DNA of 64,000 nucleotides from Candidatus Poribacteria bacterium (GTDB lineage Bacteria; Poribacteria; WGA-4E; PCPOR2b): NCBI GenBank assembly GCA_965222435.1, contig OZ244950.1, positions 1,707,273 to 1,771,272 of the forward strand, read 5' to 3'. Shown piece by piece: positions 58,556 to 64,000 of this stretch (position 1 is its first letter; each line of letters starts with the position of its first letter). The notes under the pieces were generated by a model. It saw only the letters and a program-made list of their open reading frames with translations, ran no database searches and was not told where the DNA came from. The position numbers and the translations under genes were made by a program.

Positions 58556-59638
58556 ATGGAGACATGGGATACAAAACCGAGTTTTATTCGGTCAGACCTT
58601 CCATTGATTGACTGTGACATTCATAATCGCGTACCGTCGCTGGGAACCCTTTACCCATACCTACCGGACTTTTGGGTTGAGTATTGCAGCACCTCCGGAT
58701 TCGGGGGACCCGAAATGGGGGACTACCCAGGGGGCGCACCGACATCAGCACTCCCAGATACGAAGCCCTCAGATGGACCGCCGGGGTCAGATTTGGAGCT
58801 GCTGCGGGAGCAGACGCTCGATTTTTGGGAAGCGGATTACGGCATCCTGAACTGCGCGTATTGGGTGCAAACCGTCCATAATGAATATCTGGCAGCGTCG
58901 CTCGCTTCCGCGACCAACGACTGGCAAGTCGAACATTGGCTTGACCCCGAACCACGCCTACGCGCCTCACTGGTTGTCTCAAGCCAAAATCCACTATCAG
59001 CGGCGCAAGAAATTGAACGCATGGGTGACCACCCCGGATTTGTGCAGGTACTGTTGCCGGTGCGCTCACTGATGCCCTATGGAAAACGACACTATGACCC
59101 AATTTTCGAGGCTGCTGTCCGCCATAACCTCGTAATCGGTATCCATTACGGTGGAGCTGCGGGCATCCCGCCAAGCCCAAGCGGTTGGTTTTCGACCTAC
59201 TTGGAGGAATACGCCGGTATGGGACAGGTCTTTCAAGCCCAAGTTATTAGTTTAGTTACGGAAGGCGCGTTCGACCGATTTCCTGATCTGCGGGTTGCCT
59301 TAATCGAAGGCGGCTTTACGTGGCTCGCGTCAGTCATGTGGCGGATTGATAAGGAATGGCGAGGACTGCGCCACAATACGCCGTGGATCAAACGTTTACC
59401 ATCGGAATATATGCGCGAACATCTCCGTTTCACGCTTCAACCAATGGACGCACCGCCAGATCCCAAGCAGTTCCTTCGGATGATTGGCCAGCTTGATTCA
59501 GACAATATGCTGATGTTCTCAACCGACTACCCGCACTGGCAATTTGATTCCCCGGAGGAGGCTTTGCCGATGGGATTGCCGGAATCACTGATGAAGAAGA
59601 TTCTGGCGGAAAATGCACGAGAGTTTTATCAACTGTAA
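58556..59638 (+). CDS. amidohydrolase-2 family metal-dependent hydrolase/decarboxylase
   Basis: 360 aa, TIM-barrel amidohydrolase_2 pattern with C-terminal STDYPHWQFD. Confidence 0.7.
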   Translation: METWDTKPSFIRSDLPLIDCDIHNRVPSLGTLYPYLPDFWVEYCSTSGFGGPEMGDYPGGAPTSALPDTKPSDGPPGSDLELLREQTLDFWEADYGILNCAYWVQTVHNEYLAASLASATNDWQVEHWLDPEPRLRASLVVSSQNPLSAAQEIERMGDHPGFVQVLLPVRSLMPYGKRHYDPIFEAAVRHNLVIGIHYGGAAGIPPSPSGWFSTYLEEYAGMGQVFQAQVISLVTEGAFDRFPDLRVALIEGGFTWLASVMWRIDKEWRGLRHNTPWIKRLPSEYMREHLRFTLQPMDAPPDPKQFLRMIGQLDSDNMLMFSTDYPHWQFDSPEEALPMGLPESLMKKILAENAREFYQL

Positions 59639-59730
59639 AATGTATCAGGGTTACTCTGTAAATCCTGTTTCGACTCATCAATTTAATCCTGAAAATCCAG
59701 AAAGTTACGTTCAAAAAGGAGGAACTACAG

Positions 59731-60792
59731 ATGAAAAGTACACGGGAAAAAGTACCCGTCATTGACACCGATATTCACAACAACCTCCCATCGTCAGAAT
59801 CACTGCATCCATACCTCTCTGAACGCTGGCGTAAGCATCAGGAGATGATAGGTGGGCGTGGGCACGCCGGATCTGCTTATCCGCGAGCGATGCCTCATGC
59901 CGCACGGCACGACGCCTTGCCCCCATCCGGGCTTGCACCGGGTGCGGACCTTGCTTTTATGCAGGAGCAGTTACTTGACGCCTGGGACATGGAATACGGG
60001 ATTCTGAATCCGCTCATGGGCGGCAGCGGACTCAATTTGGAGTACGCCGCGGCACTTGCACGGGCAATCAACGATTGGCAGGTCGAAGAGTGGACTAAGC
60101 CCGAGCCACGTCTGCGGGCATCAATTGTCGTTCCTTATGAAGATGGAGAGTTGGCAGCGGAGGAGATTGATCGGCGGGGTGAAGATCTGAACTTTGCGCA
60201 GGTACTGTTAATTGCACGCACGGACGAACCCCTGGGACGGCGGAAGTATTGGAAGATGTACGAAGCCGCAACGCGTCATGATCTGCCGATCGGCATCCAC
60301 TTCGGTGGTGTCGGTGCCGGTCCAATCACCGGTGCGGGTTCCCCTTCCTACTACATCGAGGACCACGGCGGTATGCCTCAAGCGTTCCAAACACAGGTGA
60401 TTAGCCTCGTTTGTGAGGGCGTCTTTGAACGCTTCCCCACACTCAAGTTTGTCTTGATTGAAGGGGGCTTTGCTTGGTTCCCGCCGTTGATGTGGCGGCT
60501 CGATCAGAGTTGGAAAAAGCTGAAAGAGGAGGTCCCGGATCTGAAACGGCTGCCATCAGAGTATATGAAGGAACATTTCTGGCTCAGCTCGCAGCCGGTG
60601 GAAGAACCTCCCAAACGGGAGTATTTCGACCTATTGCTAGAGCAGCTCAACGCACGCGAGAAACTGATGTTCGCAACCGATTATCCGCATTGGGACTTCG
60701 ATGCGCCCGACCGCGCCTTTCCAACGAATCTTGCGCCGGACGTAAGGCGGCGGATTATGGCAGATAATGCACGTGAACTGTATAAACTGTAG
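59731..60792 (+). CDS. amidohydrolase-2 family metal-dependent hydrolase/decarboxylase (paralog)
   Basis: Paralog of the preceding gene, ATDYPHWDFD. Confidence 0.7.
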   Translation: MKSTREKVPVIDTDIHNNLPSSESLHPYLSERWRKHQEMIGGRGHAGSAYPRAMPHAARHDALPPSGLAPGADLAFMQEQLLDAWDMEYGILNPLMGGSGLNLEYAAALARAINDWQVEEWTKPEPRLRASIVVPYEDGELAAEEIDRRGEDLNFAQVLLIARTDEPLGRRKYWKMYEAATRHDLPIGIHFGGVGAGPITGAGSPSYYIEDHGGMPQAFQTQVISLVCEGVFERFPTLKFVLIEGGFAWFPPLMWRLDQSWKKLKEEVPDLKRLPSEYMKEHFWLSSQPVEEPPKREYFDLLLEQLNAREKLMFATDYPHWDFDAPDRAFPTNLAPDVRRRIMADNARELYKL

Positions 60793-60907
60793 GAGTTAGC
60801 AAATTAACAAATCGTTCAGGGGTTCATGAGTAAAAGTGCGTAGGAGCTTTGTGAAACCTGAACCCCTGAACCCTCATACTACATTCCACGCAATACGATA
60901 GAATCCT

Positions 60908-61339
60908 ATGGCAAAACATGTAGTTGCAACGGTAGACGAAATTCCGCCGGGTGAACGTAAAATCGTCGAACTTGAAGGACGGTCGCTCGGCGTTTTTAAT
61001 ATTGACGGTGAGTTTTATGCCGTGCGGAACATTTGTCCCCATCAGGGAGCACCCCTATGCAAGGGGCGTCTGACAGGTCTCCTTGAGTCCAATGTGCCCG
61101 GCGAATACACATACACCCGCAAAGGCGAAATCTTGCGCTGTGTCTGGCACGGTTGGGAGTTCGATATCAAAACGGGGCAGTCGTGGTGGAACCCAGCGCA
61201 GAAGCGTGTTAGAAAGTATCCGGTGGAGGTAGAGGACGGAACGACGGTGGCATCAGGACTGCAAAAGGGACCGTACACCGCCGAGACCTACTCTGTATCT
61301 GTCGATCAGCAGTATGTGATCATTGAATTGCCCGAATAG
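60908..61339 (+). CDS. Rieske [2Fe-2S] domain protein
   Basis: CPHQGAPLCKG and CVWHGWEFD cluster-binding boxes. Confidence 0.75.
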   Translation: MAKHVVATVDEIPPGERKIVELEGRSLGVFNIDGEFYAVRNICPHQGAPLCKGRLTGLLESNVPGEYTYTRKGEILRCVWHGWEFDIKTGQSWWNPAQKRVRKYPVEVEDGTTVASGLQKGPYTAETYSVSVDQQYVIIELPE

Positions 61340-61418
61340 CGGACGTGAGTTCAGACATTCGCACTTAAAATATCAGCGACTCCCCGAAGCAGATCTGTTA
61401 CACCCCCTTTAGAACACG

Positions 61419-62345
61419 ATGGCTATTTTTCGATTAAAAGTAGAAGACGATAATCTGCACAATGCCGAACTCGTCATCGCAAAAAAAACTGACATCGAAC
61501 TTGAAAAGCATCTTGAGAGTTGGCTTGAAAATAGCCCATGGGCACTTGTCGAAGGAGAACCTACTCTGTGGATTGGTAGACAAACAAGTGTCAATGTCGA
61601 AGAAAGCACCATCTTCTCTGACCTACTGGGTATTGATTCTGAAGGAAATCTTGTCATCGTCGAACTGAAAAGGGGCAAGGCTCCAAGGGACGGCGTCGCA
61701 CAACTGCTCGAATACGCGGAATGGGCAGAAAAACTTTCAGATGAGCAGATTCGTGAAATAGCAGAAGCTTACTTCCAGACTGCGAAAAAAGAGACGACGT
61801 TTCAAGACTCCTTCAGCGAGATGTTTGAAAACGAAATGCCAGTCCTGAATCGTAGGCTACGTTTATTTATTGTAGCAGAAGAGATACCAATCTCGGTATC
61901 GCGCGTCTGCAGATTTCTCCGAACCTCCCATGGCATGGATATCAGTTGTCTAACTGTTTCAACATTTCAAACGGAATCGGGTGAAGTACTGATCAATACG
62001 GAAGCAAAGGTTGGAGAAGAAGATGCCGTTGCCCCCAAAGTGGCAAGGCAGGCTCCTTTGCAGACTCCGCGTTGGTTGGGCGACAAACCGGTAAGGGATG
62101 TAGTATTGGAAGCAGTGCAGGAATTAACAGGAAAGAATACAAACATTGAATTTGCACCCAAAGATGTCTCCAAACTCATTTCAAAGAAGTATCCCGACTT
62201 CAAGTTAAGCAATGTGGGGCCCGAACTTACTGCAGGAAGTCCCAATCACTCGTCATATCATCATTATTCTGGCAACCGTAAATATTATTGGTGGGTAAGA
62301 CCTGGAATTTATCGTCTATATGACCCCAAAAGAGACTCTGAATAA
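61419..62345 (+). CDS. PD-(D/E)xK nuclease-superfamily protein (NucS/DUF91-like core)
   Basis: DLLGIDSEGNLVIVELKRGKAPRDGVAQLLEYAEW contains the D...ExK arrangement. Confidence 0.5.
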   Translation: MAIFRLKVEDDNLHNAELVIAKKTDIELEKHLESWLENSPWALVEGEPTLWIGRQTSVNVEESTIFSDLLGIDSEGNLVIVELKRGKAPRDGVAQLLEYAEWAEKLSDEQIREIAEAYFQTAKKETTFQDSFSEMFENEMPVLNRRLRLFIVAEEIPISVSRVCRFLRTSHGMDISCLTVSTFQTESGEVLINTEAKVGEEDAVAPKVARQAPLQTPRWLGDKPVRDVVLEAVQELTGKNTNIEFAPKDVSKLISKKYPDFKLSNVGPELTAGSPNHSSYHHYSGNRKYYWWVRPGIYRLYDPKRDSE

Positions 62346-62377
62346 AGCATTACCCAATCAAAAAGAGATAAGCCAGA

Positions 62378-62605
62378 ATGGCAAAGATTGATAAACTAAA
62401 GGAAGAAATTGGCTGGTTAAAAATTATATTCGCCATCCTGATTGCCACTGACATTTCACTGGTTGCTTGGGTGGTTCAAAACTACGGAAAAACCAGCCTC
62501 CTTTTGCTTATAGTTGGTACGATAGGGGTGCTTCTATTTACACTTGTGATCATTTGGATTAACAGAGTTGCATACCGAAAGATTAATGAATTGGAGGAAT
62601 TGTGA
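62378..62605 (+). CDS. small two-TM membrane protein
   Basis: 75 aa, two hydrophobic helices. Confidence 0.4.
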   Translation: MAKIDKLKEEIGWLKIIFAILIATDISLVAWVVQNYGKTSLLLLIVGTIGVLLFTLVIIWINRVAYRKINELEEL

Positions 62606-62697
62606 TGGAATGGTTTGCGGTCTTTGTGGTTATAGTGTTTTTCCTTGGTATAGGCATCGTCACACGAGATGCTATAAAAAACGCCAACAAACGTTAA
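62605..62697 (+). CDS. 30-aa hydrophobic peptide (not in ORF track)
   Basis: ATG overlapping the previous stop (TGATG), preceded by ggagga; MEWFAVFVVIVFFLGIGIVTRDAIKNANKR. Confidence 0.3.
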   Translation: MEWFAVFVVIVFFLGIGIVTRDAIKNANKR

Positions 62698-62768
62698 CAA
62701 TTAACCGCTGTGTCCGTTGCCGGTAGGTTTTGGGGCAAACTCGTTAGACCGATACACACCTAAAGGAA

Positions 62769-63005
62769 TTGGAAAATAATATGAAAATCAACTGGCGAGA
62801 TTGTATCGTTAGTACACCCGAAATACTACGGGGCAAGCCGCGTATTAAGGGCACGAGAATCCCCGTAAGTCTTATCCTTGGATATTTGGCAGCAGACCAG
62901 ACCGCAGAGCAGATTATTGCCGAGTTTCCAGATCTTCAGAAAATGCAAATTCTCGCATGCCTCGATTATGCACGGGAGTTAGGAGAAGTTGGGGTAGCAG
63001 TTTAA
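62769..63005 (+). CDS. DUF433 domain protein
   Basis: GKPRIKGTRIPVSLILGYLAADQTAEQIIAEFPDLQKMQILACLDYA matches the DUF433 pattern. Confidence 0.65.
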   Translation: MENNMKINWRDCIVSTPEILRGKPRIKGTRIPVSLILGYLAADQTAEQIIAEFPDLQKMQILACLDYARELGEVGVAV

Positions 63006-64000
63006 TGGAATTGACCAAACCTACATCAGAGTTAAAGAGCTCTGTGCCGTTTGACCAACCCTTGGATCAAGCCCATCTGGATATTGATGACAAGAAGCGG
63101 GCAAATCTCCTCGCTTGGCGTGGGCAATTCTCGCCTCAGTTCGTTCAAGCTATTCTTGAAAACTATACTGACAAGGATGATGTAGTTCTTGATCCATTTG
63201 TGGGTAGCGGAACAGTGCTAGTGGAGTCTGCTCATCTAGGTCACGAGGCATTTGGCTATGAAGTAAATCCTGCTGCTGAATTATTGGCCAAGGTTTACAC
63301 GTTTGCTAGTTACAGCAGAAGAGAACGGAATTCCTTGATTTCAAGCACGGATCGTTACTTATCAAAGTTCATTCCTTTGGGACTTCCGCTCTTTGAACAA
63401 GGTGGCGTAAGTTCTAACGATGGCATATCTATCACGCCACTTGTTTCTAATTTGACTCAACTAAAAAATCGCGACGTTAAAGCCTTGGTTGAAGCCTTAA
63501 TCGTAAAATTAGATTTGAGGGAACACAGCATTTCAACAGAATTCTTTTGGTCAAAATGGAACGAACTCCGTTTCCTCATTGAAACCTTGCCACAAGCTAA
63601 AAAAAAGATTTCCATATCATTGGGAGATGCAAGATATCTACCGCTAGATGATAACGTTATCGATTTCGTTCTTACTTCTCCACCTTACATTAATGTGTTC
63701 AATTACCATCACAATTACCGCGCTTCGGTTGAGATGCTGGGGTGGAAGCCGCTCGTATCAGCAAAATCTGAAATTGGAGCAAACCGCAAGTTCCGGCAGA
63801 ATCGGTTTCTAACGATTATACAATACTGCATTGATATGAGTTTATCACTATCTGAACTGGTAAGGGTTTGTCGCGATACCGCAAGAGTGGTATTTGTTGT
63901 AGGTAGAGAGTCAAACGTTCACAAAACCGCCTTTTTCAACGGTGCTATTTTACGTCAACTTGCCGAAGATGTTGTTGGTATCCGAACGACTCTACAACAA
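63005..64000 (+). CDS. SAM-dependent N-methyltransferase, probable DNA methyltransferase (3' end beyond window)
   Basis: Own translation from ATG 63005 (overlaps DUF433 stop as TAATG): motif I VVLDPFVGSGTVLVES then motif IV VLTSPPYINVF; open to the window end. Confidence 0.5.
   Translation, partial: MELTKPTSELKSSVPFDQPLDQAHLDIDDKKRANLLAWRGQFSPQFVQAILENYTDKDDVVLDPFVGSGTVLVESAHLGHEAFGYEVNPAAELLAKVYTFASYSRRERNSLISSTDRYLSKFIPLGLPLFEQGGVSSNDGISITPLVSNLTQLKNRDVKALVEALIVKLDLREHSISTEFFWSKWNELRFLIETLPQAKKKISISLGDARYLPLDDNVIDFVLTSPPYINVFNYHHNYRASVEMLGWKPLVSAKSEIGANRKFRQNRFLTIIQYCIDMSLSLSELVRVCRDTARVVFVVGRESNVHKTAFFNGAILRQLAEDVVGIRTTLQQ

Noticed and set aside
1-64000. Prophage or integron signatures (integrase, capsid, terminase, attC arrays)
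   Set aside because: No integrase, phage structural or integron genes were recognised; the only transposase-related gene is the solo tnpB.

Overview
Bacterial chromosomal window of about 64 kb with mixed housekeeping and accessory content; no rRNA, tRNA or CRISPR array was recognised. Housekeeping genes include pyrimidine synthesis (carA, carB, pyrC, pyrR), shikimate pathway (aroA, aroK, aroQ), ndk, efp, accB, an IlvD/EDD-family dehydratase, glutaredoxin plus trxB, an RlmB-like methyltransferase, a sigma-54-dependent regulator and a MoxR ATPase. Accessory content includes six phytanoyl-CoA dioxygenase-family paralogs, two Gfo/Idh/MocA oxidoreductases, eukaryote-like repeat proteins (LRR, ankyrin, TPR), HicAB, two DUF433 modules, a DNA methyltransferase fused to an Mrr-like nuclease domain, a PD-(D/E)xK nuclease beside a second methyltransferase, and a TnpB. 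The most notable observation is two genes interrupted by in-frame TGA codons exactly where redox-active Cys codons are expected, each followed by a hairpin at SECIS-like distance: a thioredoxin-fold redoxin and a tandem two-domain Bcp-type peroxiredoxin with two such codons. These are candidate selenoproteins that the ORF track splits into fragments. The window also carries several families of dispersed palindromic repeats, some with the GTAG-plus-palindrome layout of REP elements, and a 7-nt-periodic stop-codon motif at four gene ends. All calls are from reading the sequence and translations by eye; no searches were run.
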